NCBI GenBank assembly: GCA_012800525.1
Contig: JAAZJD010000021.1
Location: 85,048 to 149,047, forward strand
Direction of reading: 5' to 3'
DNA from: Clostridiales bacterium
Lineage (GTDB): Bacteria; Bacillota; Clostridia; Christensenellales; DTU072
DNA length: 64,000 bases
Within the stretch, counting starts at the first letter, position 1; each line of letters begins with the position of its first letter. This document shows, piece by piece, positions 42,579 to 52,068 of this stretch. The notes under the pieces were generated by a model. It ran no database searches and had not been told where the DNA came from. It saw only the letters and a list, made by a program, of their open reading frames with translations. The position numbers and the translations under genes were made by a program.

Positions 42579-45218
42579 CTATTGTTTTTTCTTTGCTTTT
42601 TTTGCATTAATTGCTGCATGTGCTGCTGCTAGTATTGCTATTGGAACTCTAAATGGCGAGCAGGAAACATAGTCTAAGCCAACATTGTGACAAAAATCAA
42701 TAGTTGCTGGATCTCCACCGTGTTCTCCACAAATACCAAGTTTTATATTTTTACGTGTTGATTTTCCTTTTTCTACCGCTATTTTTACAAGTTCACCAAC
42801 ACCGATAAAATCTAATCCTTCAAATGGATCTCTTGCAAAAATTTGCTTTCCATAATAGTCTGGTAAGAATTTATTTGCATCATCTCTGCTAAATCCAAAT
42901 GTTGTTTGTGTTAAATCATTTGTACCAAAAGAGAAAAACTCAGCTTCTTTAGCGATTGCATCTGCAGTCAAAGCAGCTCTTGGAAGTTCAATCATTGTGC
43001 CAACTTGATACTTAACTCTCTTTCCCTTTTCTGCAAAGACTTTCTCTGCAGTATCTACAACGACTTTTTTCACATATTGAAGTTCTTTAATATCAGATAC
43101 AAGTGGTATCATAATTTCTGCTTCAATTGCTTCGCCTTCTTCACTTACTGCTATTGCAGCTTCTAGAACAGCTCTTGTTTGCATTGCATATATTTCTGGA
43201 TAAGTTATAGCTAAACGACATCCCCTATGACCTAACATTGGGTTAAGTTCAGTCAAGTTTTCAATTGCTTCTTTAAGCTCATTAACTGAAATCTTAAGTT
43301 CTTTTGCTACAGTGACGATATCTGCTTCATTATTAGGTAAAAACTCATGTAGTGGTGGATCTAAAAATCTGATTGTTACAGGATTACCATGTAAAGCTCT
43401 ATAAATTCCTTTAAAGTCTTCTCTTTGCATTGGAAGTAGTTTTGCTAAAGCTTCTTCTCTTTGCTCGACTGTTTTAGATAAAATCATTTGGCGCATTGTA
43501 TTTATTCTATTTGCATCAAAGAACATATGCTCTGTTCTACATAGACCGATTCCTTCTGCACCATATTCATATCCTACACTTGCATCTTTAGGATTATCTG
43601 CATTTGCTCTAACTTTCAATGTGCGATATTTATTAGCCCATTCCATTACAGTCGCAAAATTTCCTGTGATATCTGGTTGTTGTGTTTTAAGGGCACCTTC
43701 ATAAACATAGCCAGAACTCCCATCAATTGATAAAACATCGTTAACACCATATACTTTACCATTTACTGTCAAAGTTTGTTTTCCTTCATCAATAACCAAT
43801 GCACCAACACCAGATACACAACATTTGCCCATACCACGTGCAACAACCGCTGCGTGTGATGTTAGTCCGCCTCTACCTGTCAAAATACCTTCTGCTGCAT
43901 GCATTCCTTCAATATCTTCTGGAGAAGTCTCAAGTCTAACTAGTAAAACCTTTTCGCCAGCTTGAGCTCTTTTCTTTGCATCTTCTGCTGTAAATGAAAT
44001 TTTACCACTTGCTCCACCAGGAGATGCTGGTAAACCTTGTGCAATAGGTTTAGCACTAGCTAAAGCTGAAGGTACAAATGTTGGATGTAGTAAATCATCT
44101 AATTGTTTTGGCTCAATTTTTAGTAGAGCTTCTTCTTCAGTAGCTAATCCTTCTTTAACTAAATCAATTGCAATATTAATTGCTGCAGTTGCAGTTCTTT
44201 TGCCATTTCTTGTTTGGAGCATGTATAGTTTTCCACGCTCGATTGTAAACTCAAGATCTTGCATATCTCTAAAATGATTTTCTAATCTTTCTGCAATATC
44301 TACAAATTGATCATAAATTTCTTTATTGTCTTCTTCTAAATGAGAAATTGGGAATGGTGTACGAATACCAGCAACAACGTCTTCACCTTGTGCATTCATC
44401 AAGTATTCACCATAAAGTTTATTTTCACCAGTTGATGGATTTCTTGTAAAAGCAACACCAGTACCTGAGGTTTCTCCCATATTTCCAAATACCATTGATT
44501 GAACATTAACAGCTGTACCCCATTCTGCAGGGATATTGTTCATTCTACGATATGAAATTGCTCTAGCATTATTCCAGCTACGGAAAACAGCTTCGACTGA
44601 ACCAATTAATTGTGCTCTTGGATCTTGCGGAAAATCATATCCTTTTGTAGTTTTAAAATATGCTTTAAATTTTTGAACCATCTTTTGCATATCTTCAGCA
44701 TTTAATTGATCGTCACGTTCAACTTTCCTGTCTTTTTTCATTTGTTCAATTATAGCTTCAAATCCAGCTCTTTCTACACCACAAACAACGTCTGAATACA
44801 TTTGAATAAATCTACGATAACTATCATATGCAAAACGAACATTATTTGTTAATTTAGCTAGCCCTTCAACGGTAGCATCATTTAGTCCTAGATTTAAGAT
44901 AGTATCCATCATACCAGGCATCGAGGCTCTTGCTCCGCTACGTACAGAAACTAAAAATGGATTTGCTATATCACCAAAACGTTTTCCTTCTTGTTTTTCT
45001 AGCTTTTCCAAAGTATCAAAAATTTCTTTTACTATGCTGTCATTTATTTTTTCACCATCAGCATAATATTGTGTGCAAGCTTCTGTGGTAATGATAAAAC
45101 CTTGTGGTACAGGTAAACCCAACTTTGTCATTTCAGCAAGATTTGCACCTTTGCCTCCAAACTTAGCTCTATCGCTACTGTCTGCTTCTTTAAAAAGATA
45201 TACAAATTTTTTCGTCAT
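42579..45218 (-). CDS. ppdK: Pyruvate, phosphate dikinase
   Basis: 879 aa with an ATP-grasp N-terminus, the phosphohistidine motif GGLTSHAAVVARGMGK and a PEP-utilising C-terminal TIM barrel (GICGEHGGDP). Confidence 0.95.
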   Translation of the reverse strand: MTKKFVYLFKEADSSDRAKFGGKGANLAEMTKLGLPVPQGFIITTEACTQYYADGEKINDSIVKEIFDTLEKLEKQEGKRFGDIANPFLVSVRSGARASMPGMMDTILNLGLNDATVEGLAKLTNNVRFAYDSYRRFIQMYSDVVCGVERAGFEAIIEQMKKDRKVERDDQLNAEDMQKMVQKFKAYFKTTKGYDFPQDPRAQLIGSVEAVFRSWNNARAISYRRMNNIPAEWGTAVNVQSMVFGNMGETSGTGVAFTRNPSTGENKLYGEYLMNAQGEDVVAGIRTPFPISHLEEDNKEIYDQFVDIAERLENHFRDMQDLEFTIERGKLYMLQTRNGKRTATAAINIAIDLVKEGLATEEEALLKIEPKQLDDLLHPTFVPSALASAKPIAQGLPASPGGASGKISFTAEDAKKRAQAGEKVLLVRLETSPEDIEGMHAAEGILTGRGGLTSHAAVVARGMGKCCVSGVGALVIDEGKQTLTVNGKVYGVNDVLSIDGSSGYVYEGALKTQQPDITGNFATVMEWANKYRTLKVRANADNPKDASVGYEYGAEGIGLCRTEHMFFDANRINTMRQMILSKTVEQREEALAKLLPMQREDFKGIYRALHGNPVTIRFLDPPLHEFLPNNEADIVTVAKELKISVNELKEAIENLTELNPMLGHRGCRLAITYPEIYAMQTRAVLEAAIAVSEEGEAIEAEIMIPLVSDIKELQYVKKVVVDTAEKVFAEKGKRVKYQVGTMIELPRAALTADAIAKEAEFFSFGTNDLTQTTFGFSRDDANKFLPDYYGKQIFARDPFEGLDFIGVGELVKIAVEKGKSTRKNIKLGICGEHGGDPATIDFCHNVGLDYVSCSPFRVPIAILAAAHAAINAKKAKKKQ

Positions 45219-45381
45219 AATTTTCTCCTTATATATATTTATTTTTTAATTGATGTATTATATCGTATTATTAGACTATGCTTATTATATTGAAATTAGC
45301 TAATATTCGCAAGCAAATTGAGCTGTTTAACTTGTTTTTTAGACTTTTAAATTAAAAAAAGACCTATCCCTCATTATTATA

Positions 45382-45600
45382 TTGACTTATATCAAACTCA
45401 GATATGAATTTTGTACCAATATGAACTGTAGAAATACTTAATCTTTGTCTCCAGGGTTTTGACTTATATCAAGCTTTTTTACCAATATAAACTTTAGAAA
45501 TACTTAATCTTTGTCTCCAGGGTTTTGACTTATATCAAACTCAGATATGAATTTTTTACCAATATAAACTTTAGAAATACTTAATCTTTGTCTCCATGTT
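45382..45600 (-). repeat. Three tandem copies (76, 66 and 77 bp) of the recO 3' end plus downstream flank
   Basis: The copies are 45382-45457, 45458-45523 and 45524-45600. The last contains the real recO stop (45581-45583). The two pseudo-copies retain ...GGAGACAAAGATTAA (GDKD*). Confidence 0.9.
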
Positions 45601-46273
45601 TATTTGGGGTAATATTTTTGTTAACTTTTCTTTCAAAGGCTATTGTCTTATCACGTAAACCAACTGAGGTTATTTTAATGTCTAATGCATTGTTAATTAT
45701 CATAGATAAAACATTTAAGATACTACTTAAACTTTCTTCTGCAATATCAACTGAATCAATTGTATCAACTTCCATAGCTTGTATAGACTCAAACAATCCT
45801 TTCATTTTTTTATCAATGTCATAATCGACAAAATCAATGCCGACACAAGCAAATATTTTTAAAATAAACCATATTACAAAAATTAGAGGGGTTGTTGCTG
45901 TATAATTAATCAAACTTATAGCATTAAGTGCAAAGCTTAATTCTTTGTCAACATTTTGATTATCATAACTAACCTTGTCTAATAACTCTAATACAATTTG
46001 CGAAGCTGAATATTTCTCAAAATCATTCCAACAATTAAAAAAACTATCTTCTAATGTAGCACTAATAACTTTGCAATATTTTCCTTTTGAATATATCGTA
46101 TATTCGCCATATGCTAATGGCATTGCACTCATTTTTAATTTAGACTTTGGACTTTTTACACCAGAAATTGAAGCCACGATCTTCCCACTACCAAAGGAAA
46201 TAATAGTCAATATTTTCCCTGTCTCTCCATAATCTATAGCCTTAACACATAAACCTTTTATGTTCGTTTGCAT
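45581..46273 (-). CDS. recO: DNA repair protein RecO
   Basis: 230 aa with an N-terminal OB-fold pattern (GLCVKAIDYGETGKILTIIS...) and the era-recO synteny. It is a divergent sequence. Confidence 0.7.
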   Translation of the reverse strand: MQTNIKGLCVKAIDYGETGKILTIISFGSGKIVASISGVKSPKSKLKMSAMPLAYGEYTIYSKGKYCKVISATLEDSFFNCWNDFEKYSASQIVLELLDKVSYDNQNVDKELSFALNAISLINYTATTPLIFVIWFILKIFACVGIDFVDYDIDKKMKGLFESIQAMEVDTIDSVDIAEESLSSILNVLSMIINNALDIKITSVGLRDKTIAFERKVNKNITPNKHGDKD

Positions 46274-46304
46274 CTAGTTTTTACTCCCCTACTTCTTATA
46301 TTAG

Positions 46305-46445
46305 TATCCTAAACTCTATAAATCGCCAAAATCATATAATACCTAAACTCTATAAATTACCAGAATCTATGGTATCCTAAATTCTTATAAATCACTAGAA
46401 TCATATAGCATCCTAAACTTTTATAAATCGCCGGAATCATAGCCA
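46305..46445 (-). repeat. Four tandem copies (33-36 bp) of the era 3' end plus short downstream flank
   Basis: The units start at about 46305, 46340, 46373 and 46409. The last contains the real era stop (46421-46423). Pseudo-termini read on the minus strand are LYDSSDL*, TIDSGNL* and LYDFGDL*, against the genuine GYDSGDL*. Confidence 0.9.
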
Positions 46446-47314
46446 AAGTCTTTTAAAAAGTTTTTCGAATCTCTCCACTCCTCTCTAACTTTAACAAAGA
46501 GTTTTAAAAACACTTGTTGTCCAAGTATTTCTTCTAAATCTTGCCTTGCATATGTACCAATTTTTTTAATTGTTTCGCCGCCCTTGCCTAATACAATTCC
46601 TTTGTGGCTATCTTTTTGAACAACCACGTCTGCATCAATATGAATTATATTGTTTTTTTCCTTGAATGCATTTACAACAACTGCAATACCATAAGGAATT
46701 TCTTTATCTAACACCCTGAAAGCTTTCTCCCTAACAATTTCTGCTGCCAAAAATCTAGTTGGCTGGTCTGTATAATAATCCTCATCAAAATGCCTTTCTC
46801 CAATTGGTAAAACTTTTAAAATTTCGTCAAAAACCATATCGAGATTTTTACCTTTTATAGCAGCAGTTGGGATAATTGCTTGGATATTTGGGAATTTTAT
46901 ATGTAGCTCTTTTATCATTTCTGCAATTTTTTCAGGAGTTACTCTATCCATTTTGTTTAATAGAACAATAACGGGTGATTCTTTTGACACTCTTTCTAGC
47001 ATCATTATATCATCTTCAATTATATTCTTTTCCGCATCAAAGACATATAGAACACCATCAACACCTGCTAATGCTGCATTTACAGCCTTTTGCATATATT
47101 TTCCTAGTTGATTTGCTGGCTTATGTATGCCAGGTGTATCAATTAGTATTATCTGCGCATTGTCTTTGTTTACAATACCTAAAAGCCTATTTCTAGTAGT
47201 TTGAGGTTTCCAAGTTACTATAGCCACTTTTTGTCCTACCATATTATTAATCAAAGTGGATTTACCAACATTTGGTCGCCCTATAATTGCTATATAGCCA
47301 CATTTAAATTCCAT
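46421..47314 (-). CDS. era: GTPase Era
   Basis: G1 GRPNVGKST, G3 DTPG, G4 NKMD and a C-terminal KH domain (VQKDSHKGIVLGKGG). Confidence 0.95.
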   Translation of the reverse strand: MEFKCGYIAIIGRPNVGKSTLINNMVGQKVAIVTWKPQTTRNRLLGIVNKDNAQIILIDTPGIHKPANQLGKYMQKAVNAALAGVDGVLYVFDAEKNIIEDDIMMLERVSKESPVIVLLNKMDRVTPEKIAEMIKELHIKFPNIQAIIPTAAIKGKNLDMVFDEILKVLPIGERHFDEDYYTDQPTRFLAAEIVREKAFRVLDKEIPYGIAVVVNAFKEKNNIIHIDADVVVQKDSHKGIVLGKGGETIKKIGTYARQDLEEILGQQVFLKLFVKVREEWRDSKNFLKDFGYDSGDL

Positions 47315-47327
47315 TTTTCTCCTAATA

Positions 47328-47810
47328 TTAAAACCCTATCATTTTCATTATTTCTTTTTGCAATAATATCATTTCTTTTTCTTCTTCTTTGCTTACATGA
47401 TCAAAACCTAATAAATGTAAAACTCCATGTACAGTTAAAAAAGATAACTCTCTTTCTAGGCTATGTTCGTACAACGCAGCTTGCTCTTTTGCAATATCTA
47501 AACATATATATATTTCTCCCAAAATCAAAGCACCATTTTCTGGATTAATAGACACAAAAGGTTCTTCTTTAATTTGATCAATATCAAAGTTTTTGCCATA
47601 AAAAACCCCTTCTATCGCAGGAAAAGACAAAACATCGGTGACTTTATCTATACCTCTTGACGTTAAATTTAAATTTTTCATATCTTCTACAGATAAAAAA
47701 CCTATTTCAATATCTATATCTTTTTTCTTGATAGAAAAATGCAAAAGCACACAGTTAACTGCATGCCTTATTAGTTTTTTATATTTTTTATCAACAAATA
47801 AATTTATCAT
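47328..47810 (-). CDS. ybeY: rRNA maturation endoribonuclease YbeY
   Basis: Zinc motif HGVLHLLGFDH and 160-aa length. Confidence 0.9.
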   Translation of the reverse strand: MINLFVDKKYKKLIRHAVNCVLLHFSIKKKDIDIEIGFLSVEDMKNLNLTSRGIDKVTDVLSFPAIEGVFYGKNFDIDQIKEEPFVSINPENGALILGEIYICLDIAKEQAALYEHSLERELSFLTVHGVLHLLGFDHVSKEEEKEMILLQKEIMKMIGF

Positions 47811-47828
47811 GAAAGCTTATTCTTCTTT

Positions 47829-49427
47829 TCAACCATTGCTTTCTTCTTTAGCAATATAATCTTTTCTTTCTTCAACAACATTTGTATCATCATCACTGCT
47901 CTCACCGGGTTTAACATACTTAATTCTTACGTGAAACATTGAAGGAATCGCCTCTACTAAAACATCTTCAATTATTTGTAAATCATTAAAAGTTAAATCG
48001 CATTCGCTAAATTGATCTTGGTCGACTTTTTCCTTAATCAATTTATTTATAAATTTTTTAAACTCTCTAGTATCACTAAAAGAACCAGCCATTGCACGAC
48101 TTGCAGCTTCAACTGTATCTACTATCATAATTATAGCAGCTATTTTTGTGCTAGGCTTAGGACCTTGATATCTAAATTCAGTTGAATCAACGTGATCTTC
48201 AGTGTAGCCTTGAGCCTTATATAAAAAGTAATTTACTGGCGTGGTACCATGATGCTCTCGTGTTACATCAACAATAACTTGTGGCATTTTGGCTTCTTTT
48301 AAAATCTCGTAACCAGCAATGGTATGATTAATTATCATTGAAACACTAACTTCAGGAATAACATCGTCATGAGGATTATATCCTTTTTGGTTTTCACCAT
48401 AATAATCTGGATTTTCAATTTTCCCTATGTCATGATAATATGCTGCAGCCTTTGCAAGTTGTGTATCTTCTCCAATTGCATCTGCACAAAGCTCTACTAG
48501 GCTTCCGACAACTAAACTATGATTAAATGTACCTGGAGCTTCTTTAGACAATTTTTTTAAAAGAGGATTTGCCAAAGAAGTTAATTCTGCCATCCTAAAT
48601 GTTGTGCTAATTTTGAATATTCTCTCGAGTATAGGAAGAAATAAAGTGTACAACGCAACAGATAAAATTACTGAAAGCAATGACCACATTCCACCCATAA
48701 AAATTTCTCTACTCAAAGCATGGTTACCAATATAGCTAAGCAAATTGATTATCATAGGTATAAACATTACAACAAGGCCGACAAACAAAGAAGTTATAAT
48801 ATAATTAAATCTTGTTTTTGACTTTTCTAGAGTCATTACCAAAAAAATAGAAGCAACCATTGAGGATAAAAGGGCTGCTAAACTATGAATGACATTATCA
48901 TGCCCAACCGTTAACAAATAAATAAAAAAGTATGTTTGAGAAGTTAAAACACTAGCAACAATCCCATTTTTCTTGTCTAGCAACGTTGCTATTAACATTG
49001 CTACCAATGCTATTGGTGCTATATAAACATTAATTAGAAGACTAAAAAGTATGGACAATAAAAATGTACTACTTACACATATAACTAGTATCCATAAATT
49101 TTTTATTGAATCTTTTCCCTTTTGACTAAACCTAGTGTAAAAATACAAAGTTGATAACATGATAGTCAATATAACGGTAGTATTTAAAACATAAAGTATT
49201 GTCTTTGAATCAAAAATTTCTGATATATCACTATATTTACCTTGGCCTAATGTTATTTGCATCAACAAAGCTAATATAGCAATTACTAAAGCTGAAATTA
49301 TAATAATTGCAGTTTTAATAAAAAATGATTTAGCTGTAAAACCTTTTAGCTCTTTTTTCAATTTGTCTCTAAAGCTAATTTTATACTTTGTTTGTTTTGT
49401 TACTTTTTCTTGATAAGACTTTTTCAT
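47829..49427 (-). CDS. pgpH: 7TM-HD membrane phosphohydrolase (PgpH/YqfF-type, cyclic-di-AMP phosphodiesterase family)
   Basis: A multi-TM central region is followed by an HD domain (HSLVVGSL...YHDIGK). It lies upstream of ybeY, as yqfF does in Bacillus. Confidence 0.8.
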   Translation of the reverse strand: MKKSYQEKVTKQTKYKISFRDKLKKELKGFTAKSFFIKTAIIIISALVIAILALLMQITLGQGKYSDISEIFDSKTILYVLNTTVILTIMLSTLYFYTRFSQKGKDSIKNLWILVICVSSTFLLSILFSLLINVYIAPIALVAMLIATLLDKKNGIVASVLTSQTYFFIYLLTVGHDNVIHSLAALLSSMVASIFLVMTLEKSKTRFNYIITSLFVGLVVMFIPMIINLLSYIGNHALSREIFMGGMWSLLSVILSVALYTLFLPILERIFKISTTFRMAELTSLANPLLKKLSKEAPGTFNHSLVVGSLVELCADAIGEDTQLAKAAAYYHDIGKIENPDYYGENQKGYNPHDDVIPEVSVSMIINHTIAGYEILKEAKMPQVIVDVTREHHGTTPVNYFLYKAQGYTEDHVDSTEFRYQGPKPSTKIAAIIMIVDTVEAASRAMAGSFSDTREFKKFINKLIKEKVDQDQFSECDLTFNDLQIIEDVLVEAIPSMFHVRIKYVKPGESSDDDTNVVEERKDYIAKEESNG

Positions 49428-49480
49428 TCTACTACCTTAATTCAACTATTATAATTTAATCTTAACACAATTTATTTTTG

Positions 49481-50986
49481 TTAATATCCTAAACCATCAG
49501 GATTTTCAATTTCTTCAGACTCAACTGAATCCTCTTTTTTTATAAATTTACCTTTACCCTTACCTTTCACTTCTCCACTCATTGTGTCAAAAAACCTTTG
49601 CTCTGCTTCAGGTGCCTCTTTAAATGTAACAGTTTGATTATACCAATAATATACAATTCCAGTCCTTTCTCCATGTCTATTTTTTTCAATATTCAATTTT
49701 ATAGTGCCTGGCTCTGGTTTTCCATCCTTAAACTTAGGCTTTCTTCCAGGACTTAAGAAAAAGACAACGTCAGCATCTTGCTCAATAGCTCCAGATTCTC
49801 TTAAATCTGAAAGTTTTGGGGTTTTATCTTCACGATTAGGATCATCGATTTTTCTAGACATTTGCGACAATGCAATTACCGGTACCTCTAGTTTCATGGC
49901 AAGCATTTTTATTGCCCTACTTATTCTAGTGACATCTTGTGTTATGCTACCTGAACTTTTGCCACTTTCACTTAGAGAAAGTAATTGTAAATAGTCAATT
50001 ACCACCAAATCTAATTTTTCTTTATTCTCCTTTTTGATTTTTTGACATCGTGCTAAAATTTCCCCAGGAGAAATAGCTGCAGTTGTATCTAGATATAACT
50101 TTGAATTCTCTAAAACTTCAGATGCATATAAGAATTTTTGCAAATCTGAATCAGGCACCGTCGCTCTTTTTATTTGTTCAAGAGGAAGTTGAGAACAAAT
50201 ACTTACTAATCTATGAATCAAATCTTCACTAGACATTTCTAAACAAAAAAAGGCCATTACGCTCTTTTCTTCTGGCTTTTGCTTCTTTTCATCTTTTCTT
50301 TCTCTTTCTATTATATTTGCAACTATATTTAAAGCAAAAGCGGTCTTACCAACTCCAGGTCTTGCAGCAAGAACATAAACTGCACTTTTTAAAAGACCAT
50401 TAGTTACTTCATCAAAATTATCAAATCCCGTGTATAATCCCTTAAATAGATCCTTATCTTTCCTGGCCTTTTCATATTTAGCACCATATTTTATTATTAA
50501 ACTGCTTATAGGCCGTATCCCTTCATCCTTTGTCTCAGTACCTGATACTCCAATAAAAATGTCTGAAACTCTACTAGATGCTTCATCTACAGTCTCAGAA
50601 GTATGCCCAACTTGAATAAGGGCATTACCTGCATCTATAATTTGTTGTAATTTTGCATTTTTGACTAAAGTATTAACATAAGACTCCCAGTTTGTAACGT
50701 CTATTATATTTTTCATTAAATTGATAAGGTAATCAATAGCTCCTGGAAATTCGGTCCTATCGTTCATCAATTGCGTGTTAATTACAAAAGCATCAATTGG
50801 TACACCAGATTCATGGACTTTTTTGCATGCAGCAAAAATTGATTGATGCTTGTTGTCAGCAAACATATCTGCTGTTAATTTAGGAATAGCTTTTTCGCTA
50901 ACATCTGCATTTTTCAATATACAGCCTAAAAGAGCTTTTTCAGTCGTTATGTCAACAGGCTCGATAGGTTTTTTTCTTGGTGCCAT
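49481..50986 (-). CDS. dnaB: Replicative DNA helicase DnaB
   Basis: N-terminal EKALLGCIL, Walker A ARPGVGKTAFAL, IDYLQL and the SQMSR block. It carries a charged insert (ERERKDEKKQKPEEKS) after Walker A and a roughly 40-aa charged C-terminal tail. Confidence 0.9.
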   Translation of the reverse strand: MAPRKKPIEPVDITTEKALLGCILKNADVSEKAIPKLTADMFADNKHQSIFAACKKVHESGVPIDAFVINTQLMNDRTEFPGAIDYLINLMKNIIDVTNWESYVNTLVKNAKLQQIIDAGNALIQVGHTSETVDEASSRVSDIFIGVSGTETKDEGIRPISSLIIKYGAKYEKARKDKDLFKGLYTGFDNFDEVTNGLLKSAVYVLAARPGVGKTAFALNIVANIIERERKDEKKQKPEEKSVMAFFCLEMSSEDLIHRLVSICSQLPLEQIKRATVPDSDLQKFLYASEVLENSKLYLDTTAAISPGEILARCQKIKKENKEKLDLVVIDYLQLLSLSESGKSSGSITQDVTRISRAIKMLAMKLEVPVIALSQMSRKIDDPNREDKTPKLSDLRESGAIEQDADVVFFLSPGRKPKFKDGKPEPGTIKLNIEKNRHGERTGIVYYWYNQTVTFKEAPEAEQRFFDTMSGEVKGKGKGKFIKKEDSVESEEIENPDGLGY

Positions 50987-51231
50987 TTAATTTCTCCTAC
51001 TTCTTCAATAATTTAACAATATCAATGTTATTTAATTATAGAGTGAAAAATCATACAAGTCAAAACTAGATTTACAATATTTAAGTTTTGCAAAAAGTTA
51101 CTTTTCAGAGTAAGTGCAACTTTTGAGTCAGCCTGTCAAAGTAAACGCAACTTCAAAATTTTCCATTTTGCAATATCACTCTTATCTATCAATTTTTGTT
51201 TTTTTCATAATAACATCATTTAGCATTACAA

Positions 51232-52068
51232 CTAGCTTTGAATGTTTTCCTTAGATACCTTTTTTTGGTATACAAGCAATGTTAACACTAATAAAAACAA
51301 AACCAATACTCCACCGCTTATGGATATGCCATACCAAAAAGCAGGATTAGGGCTTGATTGAGTAAAAATTAAATCTCTGCTATTTAGCTGATTACCATTT
51401 GCATAATATTTATGGACATATAAATTTGTTGATGAATCTTTGTATGATTCATCAGCATTAGTTGAAAAACGGTCAAAACCGTAAGGATATACATATGTTT
51501 CTGTGTATAAAAACTTATCTTGATTTGTATCTATATTTTTAAAAGTATCAATACACTCTTTTATTTTTTCATTTTCGATATTTGCAAAAAAATAAGGGAT
51601 TTTGGATATTGTTTTGTTATATACTACACCTTTTTCTTTTTCATATGTCGAATTTGGCTTATCTAAATTAGTACGCCCATTTCTAATATCATATTCTTCA
51701 GAGCTTGCATATCTACTTAAAACAATTTCCACTTTACTTTTTGGAGTCATTATCTCTTTTTTTACTTGTGCTTCAGGAAAAGATTCACGTATCGTTCTTA
51801 TTGCAGTAGAAGCTTTAGCTAAAAACTCGTCTAATGGTGGCATATCATCTCTTTTGTTTTTACTATATGCATTCGCATCAACTCTAAAAATTAAAACATT
51901 TTCAATCTCCCCACTCTTACTGAGTGTTCTCTTTTTTTCAACAAATGCATAATAATCATCTAAATTTATATCATTACTTGCAAATGCCAAAAAAGATGTC
52001 GTATTAAAAACACTAAACACCATTATAAAAAGAATAAAAATAATTATTAGGGTTTTAATTTTTTTCAT
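51232..52068 (-). CDS. Hypothetical secreted/membrane-anchored protein
   Basis: N-terminal signal-like helix and a C-terminal TM helix (GISISGGVLVLFLLVLTLLV). The start overlaps the pepF stop by 4 nt. No recognisable family. Confidence 0.5.
   Translation of the reverse strand: MKKIKTLIIIFILFIMVFSVFNTTSFLAFASNDINLDDYYAFVEKKRTLSKSGEIENVLIFRVDANAYSKNKRDDMPPLDEFLAKASTAIRTIRESFPEAQVKKEIMTPKSKVEIVLSRYASSEEYDIRNGRTNLDKPNSTYEKEKGVVYNKTISKIPYFFANIENEKIKECIDTFKNIDTNQDKFLYTETYVYPYGFDRFSTNADESYKDSSTNLYVHKYYANGNQLNSRDLIFTQSSPNPAFWYGISISGGVLVLFLLVLTLLVYQKKVSKENIQS

Noticed and set aside
50987-51231. Direct repeats GTAAGTGCAACTT / GTAAACGCAACTT upstream of dnaB, considered as DnaA boxes or an origin-like element.
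   Set aside because: There is no TTATCCACA-type DnaA box on either strand. There are only two imperfect 13-mers, which is insufficient for any call.
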